The position numbers were made by a program, and so were the translations under genes. A stretch of DNA of 64,000 bases from Squalus acanthias (Eukaryota): the NCBI GenBank assembly GCA_030390025.1, contig CM059433.1, forward strand, positions 13,146,001 through 13,210,000, written 5' to 3'. Below the pieces are notes generated by a model. The model made no database searches and was not told the origin of the DNA. It saw nothing but the letters and a program-made list of their open reading frames with translations. Positions 51,530 to 64,000 of the stretch are shown here, one piece after another (position 1 is the first letter of the stretch; the number at the start of each line of letters is the position of its first letter).

Positions 51530-52552
51530 GAGTCTCCAGGCATTCAAGAGATATGAAAAGGAGGGGGAAAATCTTATTTTGTTTCCTTAGAGTACCTGAT
51601 TGCTCAGCAGGGTCCTCTGAGGAATTTGTTCAGTATTATGATGTTTACTGAAGATGTTGGGTTTTTCAGGATGATCTGAAGTGGTTCTTGTTAAAATAAT
51701 TTGTGCTAAAGTAGTGGGGAGCATTTTCTCAGGTGCCTTGTGACATCAAGTGCCCATAGGTCAGATACAAGAAAGACGTTTGCAGAGTAAATAAAGTTAT
51801 GTCTGCTCTGCCGCAGTAAGAGCATGTCCTATTGCGTCAGTGTAATGTTTACATTTCTCACACCAACCAACGCCTGCCCCTGATTGAGATTACCACCTAC
51901 TGGTGGATTTTTTGCTGCACAAATGGGAGTGACTGGCCCGGCTCATTTCATGTAAAAACCTTTACAACCAACAAGAGAGACAAGTTCTGCTTTTTCTGTC
52001 CGCTTTCTCCTCTTCCCCCGTCCTCACTTGGTGTTGCTAGAAGCCTCCTGGTACCTGGCCACAAATGACCCTCCTTCACGTGTTAACCTAGACAGCGAGT
52101 GCTGGCAGCTTTTGGACGACAGGGGTAATTACCACCAAACCCATTCCTGTTCTCGCCTGGCGTCCGCTCGGCACATTTCCAGTAGCAGCCCGCTGAACAG
52201 TGACTAGGAGCAAGAACAATGGTTGTTTTTCTCTTCCTTGGCCAGTGACCTTGAAACCAACTGTACCGTCCCCTACTGGTGACTCAGCTAAAGGCAGACC
52301 AGGGGTCGAAGCTGGATCCCTCCTGCCGTGCAACTCACTGTCTTGACTAAGGGAGCCATCTGGTGAGCTGAAAGAAGCCTTTCGTCTCGGCATTCTGGGC
52401 TGGATTCAAACCCCCCACCCTCGAGATGGTATGTTACCCCACTGCGCTACCGAATCCCATTATCAAATGGGAAATCGAGGTATGTGTGGGTAAGCTAACA
52501 CTTTAAAGCAACGGGCCATTTATTTACCTATTTGCAACACTAGTATTGGGCA

Positions 52553-52984
52553 AAATAACAACAGAAAACGCTGGAAAAACTCAGCAGGCGAGGCAGCATC
52601 CGTGGAGAGAGAAACAGAGTTAACTTTCGTCAGAACTGGAAATAGCAGGAAATGGAATAGATTTAAGGCAAGGATAAAGCTGGGAAAAGGGGGAGGGGAT
52701 GAAAGAACAAAAGGAGAGATTAAGAGACATTAAGAGATATTCAAGGCAAGAGGTGGTGTTAATGTGACAGGTTGAGGCTAGATGAAGTGTGAAATGCACT
52801 GGCAGAATGAAGGACAGCTGCCAGCTTCTAGGAGGGAAAAAAAAGGGGAAGGGGGGGCAAACAAAAGGGTGGATGAAAAAATAAAATATAAATGTGATAG
52901 GGGCTGAGGTTATGATCTAAAATTGTTGAACTCGATATTGAGTCCAGAGGGCTGTAGGGTGCCTAAACGAAAGATGAGGTGCTG
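52553..52984 (-). mobile_element. Penelope-like 3' insert (family B), hammerhead stem II deleted
   Basis: exact 12-bp TSD tagtattgggca at 52541-52552/52985-52996; QHLIFRLGTLQPSGLNIEFNNFRS* remnant. Confidence 0.82.
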
Positions 52985-53861
52985 TAGTATTGGGCAGTTT
53001 ATCGAGGTGATACTGTATATCCTTACTCGAGGTTGATCGTCAGTAATTGAGATACAAGGGTGAGTTCATGATCCAGTGCTCCCAGCAGGGAGTGGTGCTT
53101 GGCGTGGAGCATTTCTCCAGAAATTACAGGTATACAGTCCTTGATTTTCTATGAATTAATTTTAGTGTGCAGAATATCAGTGGCTACGTACCCACGATTT
53201 CCTGAGATGTGCTCCCTGCGAGTCCACTGCCTACAGGAAGTGGCAGATCACAGAATCACCCCTTTGGAGACCTGATTCTAGTAACATTAGATTCCTGAAT
53301 CGAATGAAATTAGATACTGGGGCTATTGGAGTGTTCATGTGCCGCAGCTTCTAACCGTTCAGTCTTGTACCACTGTGCTTTGAGTGTAGTGGCCACAACA
53401 GATCAGCTGAATATATAAGCATTGAAGTTTAATGTTTATAAATGAAACATTCAGTGCTTCAGAAGTGGTGATTTGAAGTCTTAAATTGAAAGCATAAACA
53501 AAATAAATACTGTTTCTGTAAAATGTAACACATAGTATTGGTCAAGTTTATGTGGTTTGTTTCATTTAAATGCAGTGAAGTGTTTACAGTATTCAATTTT
53601 ATAGGGTGGGATTGACTGTACCTTGTGGTTAACTGAAGCTTATTTATTTTTACTGACAATACTTGGGTTTAACAAAAACTTTTTTCCCTGTGTTGTGTCG
53701 GTTTGATTTTTCTTTCCTTAATTTTAAATTGGAATAAATCGACCCAAGTTTCAATACATCAATCATATGGTTCACAAATAGCAAAAGAAAGCGTGCTGCA
53801 GTACTTAAATGTCGGTTGAAAGTCTCAATGTAAACTGGATGTTCTATTTATCTTTAAATAG

Positions 53862-53933
53862 GTATCTCCACTTCAATCAAATAGAGTCTTTAGAACCAGA
53901 ATCCTTCAGTGATCTTCCAAAGCTTGAAAGGCT
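53862..53933 (+). CDS. PXDN: Peroxidasin LRR exon (equivalent to exon 5), 72 nt
   Basis: aaatag|...|gtgagt; encodes [24 protein letters not shown], in phase with the previous exon. Confidence 0.95.
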
Positions 53934-55099
53934 GTGAGTGCTACAATTTCCTAATACGTTTAATAGGTAACCTCTTGAGAAAAGCTTTAAAGGGTATTGT
54001 CAGCCAAGCCAGAAATTCCAGACTGTAAACTGAGGCCAATTCAGGGCTATTGGAAATGACTGCGCTTCAAGCTTACTGTTGAGCTAAAAAAGTTTTTAGA
54101 GGAGATGCAGCAGCTACAACACTGACGGCAGTCGGCTCCCAAATAACTCCAGTTCATTTCGAACTTGCCACTGATGGTTCTCTCTTGGGCTTCCTCCAGG
54201 ATTGAGTGCTGTTCTCAGCCTGGTTGCTGGTGAGGTGGAGAAGTGGTCTTTGGAACAGGACAGACCACATTTGTGTTGGTGACTGTCAACTGGATGGTTT
54301 GATTCTTGTAATGAAAGAGGGTCATAGTTATATGATAGGAAAGAAGGAAATGACAAAAGTAAAGGAGAAAATTGCAAAAACTGCTATCTTTAAATTAACC
54401 CCCTTTTTAAAAAAATTTAGGCACAACGCATATTTCCTGTTTCAGCCCTTACAAATTACGAAAACCTTTATTGTATTTTTTTGACAGTCAGGAACTAACC
54501 CTGAAGCATAAAGCTGCTCCATTACTGTAATTTACTATAAAATGTTTATTGGAGTACTAAAAATCATTTTGCCTTCAAGGGCTCCAGAGCTTTTCCACAT
54601 GTCCGTGGGACTTTCACATGCACATCTTTGTTTACAACCCAAACAGCTGTGTTGTCAATCACATACATCAGTCGCAGCACTGATTACTAGTTGGGGATTG
54701 GCTTGAGAGGCTGAGAAATTAACGGCGTCAATTCAACCACAACTGTGGTTGGTAGTTCTGTCATGCTGCCAAAAATCTACAGTGCCACCTGTCTTATGCA
54801 AGAATTAAGTGTGAGCTTTTTCTCTTTTGAGAAGAATGTTACATGCCAGGATTGGATTGCAGTCAGGCAAGCACTGCCCGACTAACTGCTGGTATGACTA
54901 CTTGGTGTGGTGTGTGGCTATGCTTGATCAGAAGGATGGTGACAATACGCTGATGCGTTTTATAGCGAGTGCTTGGAAGGAGTTCTTGATACCTATTCTC
55001 CATCTAGTGAAGACTCCAAACCATGTTTATCAGTTGTCTGAAGGCCGAACAAATGGCTGGCAGCTGGGTGGGGGGTGGGAGACGTATGTTGATTTCTTT

Positions 55100-55851
55100 G
55101 GTCCAACACCGCCTTCAATGTGCCAGTGCAGCCTTCGGTCGCCTGAGGAAGAGAGTGTTTGAAGACCAGGACCTCAAACCCAGCACCAAGCTCATGGTCT
55201 GCAGAGCAGTAGTGATACCCGCCCTCCTGTATGCTTCAGAGACATGGACCATGTACAGCAGGCACCTCAAAGCACTGGAGAGGTACCACCAATGCTGCAT
55301 CCGCAAGATCCTGCAAATCCATTGGCAGGATAGGCGCACCAACGTCAGTGTTCTCGCTCAGACCAGCATCCCCAGCATCGAAGCTTTGACCACGCTCGAT
55401 CAGCTCCGATGGACGGGCCACATCGTCCGCATGCCCGACACGAGACTCCCAAAACAAGCGCTCTACTCGGAGCTCCGACACAACAAGAGAGCCCCAGGTG
55501 GGCAGAGGAAACGCTTCAAGGACACCCTCAAAGCCTCCTTGGAAAAAGTGCAGCATCCCCACTGACACCTGGGAATCCCTGGCCCAAGACTGCACAAAGT
55601 GGAGGAGAAGCATCCGGGAAGGCGCCGAACACCTGGAGTCTCTTCGCCGGGAGCAAGCGGAAGCCAAGCGCAAACAGCGGAAGGAGCGCACGTCAACCCA
55701 AGTACCCCACCCACCCGCCCCTTCAACCACCGTCTGCCCCACCTGTGACAGAGACTGTAGGTCCTGCATTGGACTCATCAGTCACCTGAGAACTCATTTT
55801 TAATGTGGAAGCAAGTCATCCTCGGTTCCGAGGGACTGCCTAAGAAGAAGA
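55100..55851 (+). mobile_element. RTE-clade LINE 3' fragment
   Basis: ASAAFGRLRKRVF...LLYASETWT...QLRWTGHIVRMPDTRLPKQALY, terminal CPTC...HLRTH zinc finger, (aag)n tail; one frameshift. Confidence 0.92.
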
Positions 55852-56714
55852 ATTATTGGCTCTAAGATGGTACTGGAAGATTGGAACCAAGTTGCTCCTT
55901 GTGTATTGATCAGCTGCCTGGTTGACTGAAGGGGCCTGGAGGGGTAGACATGTAATTGGCCACTGAAATTCTCCCACTTGTCTCTGGAAACTCTGGGTAG
56001 GGTGGCCTAACGGCAGCAGGAGGCTTGCCAATGCTTTAGCTAAACTCCAGCAAATACCCTTGCACACATTTGGCGGACCCGAAAGCTCGGCTTTTCTCAA
56101 CCGGTTGTGGGTCAGATAATCTGGATGTCTCCCAAAAGTGGGTGCGCAACGTATCGGCTAATTCGGAGCGCGACTGATGTGGATTTCTCAGCGATTCGGC
56201 TCGGAGAGTCTTGAGCAGGTTCCCGACACCGATGCGTTTGGGCCAGGCGTCTCGCCCCTGGCTGATCACAAAAATTAAAATTGGTAAAAGTTTAGGGCCG
56301 TCATTGTCCGTATGCTGGAGTTTGACGAGGAACACGCCGTCACTTGTTTCGTATCGTGAACTGAACAAATCTCCACGCGGATGCAGCAAAATGGTGTACG
56401 TCGACTTCATGTGAAGACATTTGTACGAGTTCAAGCAATTTATATGTACCTACCCAAACTGTTTCTTTATCAAAATCCTATTTTATTTTTGGCCCATAGA
56501 GCAGGTATTTGCTCACAACTGATTTCACTTTTTTTTATTTATTTACTTGAATTTTTAAAAAATGCAAAAAACAGAATGCCTTCATCTTTCTCAAAGGTTA
56601 TTACTAGTCTAATAGGTATCAAACACAGAATTGATTCATTTAAAATGGACAAATGGTTTTAATGCAATAATGCCACAGAAAAATAACATTTGGATATTTT
56701 TTTTTCTCTTCCAG

Positions 56715-56786
56715 TTTTTTGCACAACAATAGATTGTCACAGATATTACCGAGAACATTCACTCAGTTAGAATCCATGAAAAGACT
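56715..56786 (+). CDS. PXDN: Peroxidasin LRR exon (equivalent to exon 6), 72 nt
   Basis: polypyrimidine tract ttccag|...|gtaagt; encodes FLHNNRLSQILPRTFTQLESMKRL. Confidence 0.95.
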
Positions 56787-56934
56787 GTAAGTAGGAGAAA
56801 CTAGCTTTCTTTATGGGGAGGTGGGAAAGGGAAGGATGGTAATTAATGGGGCATGTGCAGTACGAGAAAGTTTTACATCTGATCGGTGCTAATAGCATGT
56901 GTAAGATGTGGCGTGCCAGTGTGCTTGTTTTATT

Positions 56935-58435
56935 GGCCCACAATTTGCGGTCAGCGGCGAAGCAAAGGCATTCGCCGCTGGCCCCCAAAGTAAGCTTCCC
57001 GCAAAGATCTCGCGATCTCCGTGGCGAGAAGTTCAGCTTTTCCGACGTGCAGTCGAAATCAGCGCAAGTTGATGGGGAATCCCTAACGCCAGCTGCTGTG
57101 ACGGTCAACAAGCTGTCTAGGCAGCCAATCACAATGCAGAATTCCCCCAGACCGCGAACCAGGAAGTGAGTGAGCTTCTTCGATTCTAACTTTTAAAAAA
57201 ATTTACAAAGAGCAAAACAATGATTGGAGCTCTCGCCTGGGGATACGGTAAACCTGAAATAAAGATCAACAAACTTTTTAAAAAAATATTTAAAAGTTTC
57301 TTAAAAATTGTAATTTTTATTAAAATGGATAAATTCGACACTCCACAAAATTAAAATGAGTTTTTCAGGGCCATAACCTTTGTTTAGCAGTCAATACGCT
57401 GTTAAAACCCCGGTTACACCTAATCCAAAAGGGTCTAACTTTTAATGGGGTATTTAACAGTGGTATTACCGTGGAGCCAAAGGGGGAGAAATTCGGTGGG
57501 TTAGCGCCCCCTGGGGGTGATAACGGGGCACTAACGACTTACCGTCTGGGCTCGGCGAGATGAACGACTCCCGCGAACTTCGGTGAGAGGTTTGCGGCGG
57601 TGGTAAGACTTCACGCCACGATCTATTTCGCCCGGAGATCATGACATCATTGCTTTGCGTATCGTCCCGGACCTGAACTTCGGTTCCGCCCCCCCCCCCC
57701 GCAGCATCGCCGGGCAATGACGCCGACGGCTGCAGGAGGCGTTGATCGGGAGGCCGGGCGCTTCGGGGGCGAAGTTAAAGGGGAGGTTGCCGAGGTCAGT
57801 ACCTATATTGCTGAAATGTTTTTGCTCAATTTATTTTTCCTTCTCCTGGGCCGCGATCGATCAGGCGGGCGCTCTGCTGGAGTGCACGGGGCTGATTGAG
57901 CCGGATCGCGGCCGCCGTGAGGGACCAGCTCACTGGTCCCAATGCAGAGCCTGCAGCGACGGCCCTTCCCTTTACGGGAGGGAAGGAGCCTCGGATCGCG
58001 GCAGCGCTGCACGGCCCATTGTGCAGCACTCCACAATGTCTGCGTCCTTTAGCGCTCCAGGAAGGAAGTGGAGCGCTTGATTTAGTGCTGCACTTCCTTC
58101 CTGGAGCGCTAAACCCAATTTTGTGAAAGCTGGGAATCATTAGCACCTGGCGCTAGGTTTCCCAGCTTTCAAAGGTTCCCGCCCCCAACGGGATAATGAA
58201 TTTCTCCCCCAAACTTTCCATTAGTTTCCCTGATTTCACAGATTACACTGGTTGCCGGTTTAGGGGTGGGGTGCACGGCGCAGCCAGTGTCGGAGCAGTG
58301 AATGACTGACCGCAACTTCAGGATTTCCGCATTAGGATGTGCAGGCACTACATCCTGAAGTTGCGGTCAATTTCAGAGGGTAATGACGGCGAATGCTGTT
58401 CGTCCGCTCTTATTATCCACTGCAAATTCCGGGCC
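56935..58435. mobile_element. Non-autonomous DNA transposon (Harbinger-like) containing a nested MITE
   Basis: TIR ggcccacaatttgc / gcaaattccgggcc with 3-bp TSD att. Confidence 0.75.
57482..58210. mobile_element. Harbinger-type MITE nested in 56935-58435
   Basis: perfect 13-bp TIR gggggagaaattc, 3-bp TSD aaa. Confidence 0.85.
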
Positions 58436-58510
58436 ATTATCGAAGAGGGAGCTCGAAGATTGAAGGTATTAACATAAATCGCATGTACTTTGCACAAATC
58501 GAAAGATGCT

Positions 58511-58753
58511 GGGGCAGATTTTCCAGTTGGTGTTCCTGTGCCTGGGTGCATAGGATTGCTTGGGGCGCAGCGTAGAGAGGAAAATCGGGTGGTGCGTGGT
58601 GCACATTCATAAGAAAGGTCCCACCATTTTCTGTATATTAAACTGAGTAGATGAAAAATCAGGTGGGCTCCTTTTGCGCTCTTCTGCATCCCAGTTTCCC
58701 GTATTCGCTGCATTCAGGCAATCCAGTGCACTCGGGAGCAGAAAAACTGCCCC
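58511..58753. mobile_element. Small MITE
   Basis: TIR ggggcagattttc / gaaaaactgcccc. Confidence 0.6.
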
Positions 58754-59153
58754 ACTGTGTTTGACTGGGAACTGTAAATATTGCAGTTGGCTCTCAGGTA
58801 CACTGTAGCCTCACAGTAGATTAGTGGGTCATTTCTCAGATGCTGGGAAGTAATGTTTTTTGGTATGGTTTTTGATTTGGCCATGGCTTCAGAGAGAAAA
58901 AAAAGCCTTTAAAGAATTACAATTTGTATCGCAATCCTGAAAATGTTATTTTTTTATACTGAAGGCTTCGCACAAATCTGCCGATGAAGTGAAATGGTCT
59001 TACTCTGTGTATATTTTAGTTTTGCTTACGAATAATAATTTATAAGCACCGGTACTTTTTTTTTCTTAAACTGGACCTATTGAGTAATATTAGACAAAGA
59101 ACGACATTTCAAATAGCAGTTCATCTTCACTTGAAGATATTTCTTTTTAATAG

Positions 59154-59323
59154 GAGGTTGGACTCAAATAGCCTGAATTGTAACTGTGATCTAATGTGGT
59201 TGGCCGAGATGCTACAGCAGTATGCTGAATCTGGAAACACCCAAGCAGCAGCTACCTGTGAGTATCCCAAAAGGCTACAGGGAAGATCCGTTGCCACAGT
59301 TACACCAGAGGAATTTAACTGTG
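59154..59323 (+). CDS. PXDN: Peroxidasin last LRR/LRRCT exon (equivalent to exon 7), 170 nt
   Basis: taatag|...|gtgagt; encodes [56 protein letters not shown]. Confidence 0.96.
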
Positions 59324-59594
59324 GTGAGTTTCAGCTTGGTCAAGCCAATATAGATCACATTGCTGTCCAAGTGTCTTAATTGCTGGTCATCAGTATAGGG
59401 TTGATTTTAGCTTTTAACGTGCATTTTTTTTGGTATATCTTTTTAAATAGTTTGATACGTTGCTGCCAAGTTGCCCCTCTGCTCATGAGCTTCTTGACAA
59501 CAAGCTGGTTGGTCTAGTCATAGCTTATGGTTACCTACGGCAGTCACTTAGCAGCAACTTTATAGGGATTAAAGCAGTTCTGTAGACACTTGTT

Positions 59595-60050
59595 CAACTT
59601 GCATTTATATACTGCCTTTTAATGTGCAAACATTCCAAGACACTTTACAGACAGGCGTATGGAAAATGGATGCTGAGTCGGGACGAGAGAGGTTGGGAGG
59701 GGTGTCCAAAGGTTCGGTCAAAAAGATGTTTTTTTTTTAATGTGAGCCACTGTAGGTCAACGAGGGCACGGATGATGGCCGAGCGGGACTTAGTACAGGT
59801 TAGGAACCATACACTAGAGATTGGGGATAAGTTGGGGTTGATGGAGGGTGACAGGCCAGCAAGGAGAGTGTTGGAAGTGTCGGATCCAGAGACGATCAAG
59901 GGTTTCCGCGGCGAAGGGGTCAAAGTAGGGGCGGAAATGGGGCGATCTTTTGGAGGTGCACATAAGTGATCATCTTGTTAAAGAGAATATGGGTCTGAAA
60001 CTCAGCTCAAGGTCAAACAAGGTTGTGAATAGCATGTTTCAGTCTGCGAT
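59595..60050 (-). mobile_element. Old L2 LINE 3' fragment
   Basis: L2/SINE-type tail acttgcatttatat and degenerate LKxHLFDxTF motif. Confidence 0.55.
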
Positions 60051-60867
60051 AGTGGTTGGTTAAGTCTCATGTTTTGTGAACCTGTTGCAAGTGAGTAGCT
60101 GATCTTTCTGGCTACTTGTCTCCATAAAGTGTGCAAGAGTTCTGTGAAGTGCCTCGGGATGTTTTTCTATGTAAAAGGTGCTATGTGCATGCAAGTTATT
60201 GTTATCGGATTTCCTCTGGATTCTGCCTCATTTCCTGCCCCTCTGAAGTATTGGCCTCCGGCTTTCCCGACAGTAATGCAAACAAGATGGAAGATCAGTG
60301 GTGCCGAGAACCATGGGCACAGACCACATTGTGCCATTCTTTGACGCAGCACACTTGTTCTCCCATGTGCTGCACCATCTCCCTATATTTTATTTACTCT
60401 GTCAACTGCGCAGAGATGGGTTGAGAGTTTTCAGTGTTATCCTCGGACTCAAATGGCTTGTTGACCAATCTTTTCTTGGAACTTTAACCTGCTTTGATTT
60501 TAGTCCCTGACCTGTTGTTTTAAAAAAAAAAATTAGAAAATTTAGTATTTTACCACAGTTACCTGGTGGGAAATGTACCCCTTGAACCGTTTAACAGCGC
60601 TGACATTTTTGCAGTGGCCCACGTATGCAAACTCTGGCTTTAAATTTAGAAGCTTTGATTTTAGTTTTGCTTGCTTTTGTTATGCTGTGCCAGTAACCAA
60701 AATGAGTATTAGTGCACTTTTCGACGATAGTGTAATATAAGATGATCTCAGATCAAGACAGTAAGCCATGTTCGAATACGTTTGCATGCGTAAGTTGCTC
60801 TGTTTCTTTTTTTCCCCCCCCCGTCGACGTTGGAAACGATTTAAAAATTAATTCTCAATTTACGTAG

Positions 60868-60985
60868 AGAAACCACGAATTACAACGCAGCCACGGGATG
60901 CTGATGTAACATCGGGGAACACTGTGTACTTCACCTGCAGAGCTGAGGGGAATCCTAAACCTGAAATCATTTGGCTGCGTAACAA
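60868..60985 (+). CDS. PXDN: Peroxidasin Ig-like domain 1 exon (equivalent to exon 8), 118 nt
   Basis: acgtag|...|gtaagt; encodes [39 protein letters not shown]. Confidence 0.96.
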
Positions 60986-61603
60986 GTAAGTTGATGTGCA
61001 CCTACTGCTTTTTTTTTTTGTTCACATGGTTATCGGAATAAAATGCACAAAGTTTTAAAAACTGTTTGCAAGCAGCTCGGTCGCACACCCACTCACGTAC
61101 ACTGTGGCTGGAGCTGAAGTCCTAGAAGTTGGGTTGAGCTCAAGCTATCTAAATGTTTCTACCATTATCTTACGAAGCCTGGCAGACCAGGAACAGTCGG
61201 CCTACTTTGTGTGGGATCGCTGTTCTTATTTGAAGGGAAGCAGGCAATGGGTAAAATCATTCAAAATACAGTCCGTTTTTAAGACGTTTTTGACAATGAT
61301 GTCGCGATCACCAAGTAACCTTCACTTCCCGTGGGTAGAGGATGAAAAATAAGTTCTTTTTCATCGAGGACGCAGAGGCAGTCAAGTCTCGATAATGCAT
61401 TTTGTTTGATTGGTTCAGCAGTTTGAGCTCCTGTTTATGTGCAGGAAATGAAATCTATGCTCAAATTCAGTATTGAGGGGGGGGCGGGGGGGCGTTGAAT
61501 GAAACAAGGGGACTGGAATCTATTGGTGCAAATGCGAATCTGCCACTACCTTGGCTAAAATTTAGAATGTTGCCTTTTCCCCTCTGTACCAAAATAAGAT
61601 AAT

Positions 61604-62358
61604 GGGGCAGAAATTCGGGTCTCCACGGGTGAGTACGCGCTGTGTACTCACCCGCAGGGTCCCCGGAAGTGCCGGTTTCGCGCATGCACTGCGCAGGCAC
61701 GGGAAACCGGAACTTCCGGTCTTGTGAAAGAAGGGGTTCGAAGGTCAATCGCGTGCACCGGAGCGGCAGCGCGCACGCAGCGAACTTCGGGTTTTTGTTC
61801 AGGTTTCTCCGTACGGAGAAGCTGCGCAGGAAAAAAGGAGGCGCAAGACCTGCTTTTAACAAGGTAAGTGGTGAATTAAATACAATTTAAACATTTTTTC
61901 AACAGGTTTATCTTTTTTACATACTTTAAAGAAAGGTAAGTTTATTTTTAGCACCGTTAAAAAGTATAAATTTTTTCAAAAATTTTAATTTTTGTTTAAA
62001 GTAGTTAATTTATGTAATTTATAGTTATTTTAAAAATGTGATGTGTTTTTTTTTAAATTTATTTGAAGTTTTAGTTAGGTTTTGGGGGTGATCTCTATTC
62101 ATAGATTTGACAGGTCTTCCTGTCAAAATCTATGAATGGAGATTCCCTGCTCCGATTGGCTCTCCATGGCCCACGTGATCCCAGGGGACGCTTCGAACTA
62201 ACTGCGCCCCTGGGATACGCAAGCACTGCGCGCCGGCAGCTGCAGGAGGCCCAGGAGCCGAAGTCCACGCGGTCCTGAAGCACAACGGCAGGCGCGGTAG
62301 GCAAGCACACGCGTGATCCTTGCACCCGCGGGAAGCCGGAGAGCCAAATTTCTTGCCC
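61604..62358. mobile_element. Harbinger-type MITE with AT-rich core
   Basis: TIR gggcagaaattcgg / ccaaatttcttgccc; GC-rich arms. Confidence 0.65.
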
Positions 62359-62461
62359 ATTGGCTCTTTCTAAACAAACCAGACATGCAGCAGTTATTAA
62401 TGGAACCACTTCTGTCCAATCCTACTCTTTTGGGACAGAAGAATTGATCTCAAACAAATCA

Positions 62462-62880
62462 GTGTCCGCTTTGCTCAGTTGGTCGCACTCTGACCTCTGA
62501 AGCAGAAGGCTGTGGGTTCAAGCTCCACTGCAGATTTGAGCACATAGTCTAGGCCAACAGTTCAGTGTAGCATTGAGGAAATCCTACATTGCTGGAGGCA
62601 GCATCTTTCAAAGCCAATGTTAATCAAGGCACCATCTGCATGCCCCTATGGATATAAAAGATCCCATGGCACTTTTCAAAGGGCAAGTTCTCCCAGTATT
62701 TTGGCCACCTCTTTCAACCGACAAAAAATGAGTTACTCATCCATTTGTTGTTTGTGGGACCTTGCTGTGTACAAATTGCCTTCCACCTTTACCTGTATAA
62801 CAACAGTAATCCATTGGCTGTAAAGCACTTTGGGGCATCATGAGGACATTATAAGGCACTAAAAATGCAGGACCTTTCTT
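62462..62880 (+). mobile_element. Older, diverged SacSINE1-like SINE
   Basis: tgctcagttgg / gggttcaagctcc boxes and degenerate body. Confidence 0.65.
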
Positions 62881-63263
62881 TTAGAATGCGTGGGCTTAAG
62901 TCCTCTTGGATATCAGGCGGGCGATCATCTTGGGCCTTCCTTAACTCATTCTTGTGGCAGATAGAAACCCAGATGAGTTCCTCTCTTAGCAGATGGTACT
63001 TTCTGGCATGGGTAGAAAATCACAAATGAAATATGATATAACTTTGTGATGATATACAGATGTATGTCAACAGTTATTCAGGCAGTTATGTCTGTTATTT
63101 CAATCCCACTTATCTGTTTGATCCACTGTAATATTACATATATGTTTGAAATGTTTTCAAAACGCCTGATATCACCATGGATCAAAATGTCTACCAAACT
63201 ATTTTTGTAACCCCTCAAATTCTAACCTGAGAGGAAGTGTCACTAATTAAAAAGAATTGATTA

Positions 63264-63732
63264 AAAGAAAGTGAAAGACTTGCATTTCTATAGCACCTTT
63301 CACGACCACCGGACGTCTCAAAGCGCTTCACAGCCAATGAAGTACTTTTTGGAAGTGGAGTCACTGTTGTAATGTGGGAAACGTGGCAGCCATTTTGCGC
63401 ACAGCAAGCTCCCACAAACAGCAAAGTGATAATGACCAGATAATCTGTTTTTGTTATGTTGGTTGAGGAATAAATATTGGCCAGGACACCGGGGATAACT
63501 CCCCTACTCTTCTTCGAAATAGTGCCGTGGGATCTTTTACGTCCGCCTGAGAGAGCAGACGGGGCCTCGGTTTAACGTCTCATTCGAAAGACGGCACCTC
63601 CGACAGTGCAGCACTCCCGCAGCACTGCACTGGAGTGTCAGCCTAGCTTTATGTGCTCAGGTCCCTGGAGTGGGACTTGAACCCACAACCTTCTGACTCA
63701 GAGGCAAGTGTGCTACCCACTGAGCCACAGCT
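63264..63732 (-). mobile_element. SacSINE1-like SINE
   Basis: full-length match to the other copies. Confidence 0.88.
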
Positions 63733-63997
63733 TTCCCCATGATAGTTATTGTTTAAACATTATTGCTGGCCATTCCTGAGCGAGCTTGTTGTGGATAACC
63801 ATCACTACAGATGTCGATTGAGTTATCAGCTTGGTACAAATATAGTCACAAATAAAGTTTGGAATCAATGTAGCCACATCTCTTTTGTGTTTGGTTTTAG
63901 TTTACCAAAATAATTAGAATCCTTAAAATCCCATTATTTCAAAAACTTTATTTAAGCTTGCAATTGTTAGATTATGGATGCTTTTGTTTCCTTCCAG

Positions 63998-64000
63998 TAA
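63998..64000 (+). CDS. PXDN: Probable first bases of the next PXDN exon (truncated by window end)
   Basis: strong acceptor cttttgtttccttccag|taa; AA+T AA- would continue the expected WLRNN-N. Confidence 0.6.
   Translation, partial: 

Noticed and set aside
29568..60985. Assignment to the paralogue PXDNL
   Set aside because: Residues [20 protein letters not shown] and WLRNN fit recalled PXDN better; phylogeny or synteny would settle it
1..64000. CRISPR arrays or prokaryotic operons
   Set aside because: Eukaryotic intronic DNA with no repeat-spacer arrays

Overview
Vertebrate genomic DNA, most likely a cartilaginous fish (shark), inferred from its V-SINE/HE1-like, SacSINE1-like and HER1/CR1-like repeats. 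The whole window lies inside the peroxidasin gene (PXDN, + strand). Five complete exons are present: three 72-nt LRR exons, the LRRCT exon and the first Ig exon. The next exon's acceptor falls at the last bases. The very long introns are dominated by mobile DNA: CR1, L2 and RTE LINE fragments, Deu- and V-type SINEs, a near-complete decayed PIF/Harbinger transposon with many GC-rich MITE relatives, and a pogo-like MITE. Two things stand out. (1) Two Penelope-like families carry minimal hammerhead ribozyme motifs, some in inverted pairs. (2) An ORF1-less APE-RT LINE family (3 copies) has a tRNA-derived Pol III head, almost no T4 runs and no in-frame AUG. Its ORF is preceded by a tRNA-anticodon-like hairpin complementary to an in-frame GCU, which suggests a Pol III-transcribed, IRES-translated retrotransposon (inference, untested). 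Repeat boundaries without TSDs/TIRs are approximate; no database search was run.
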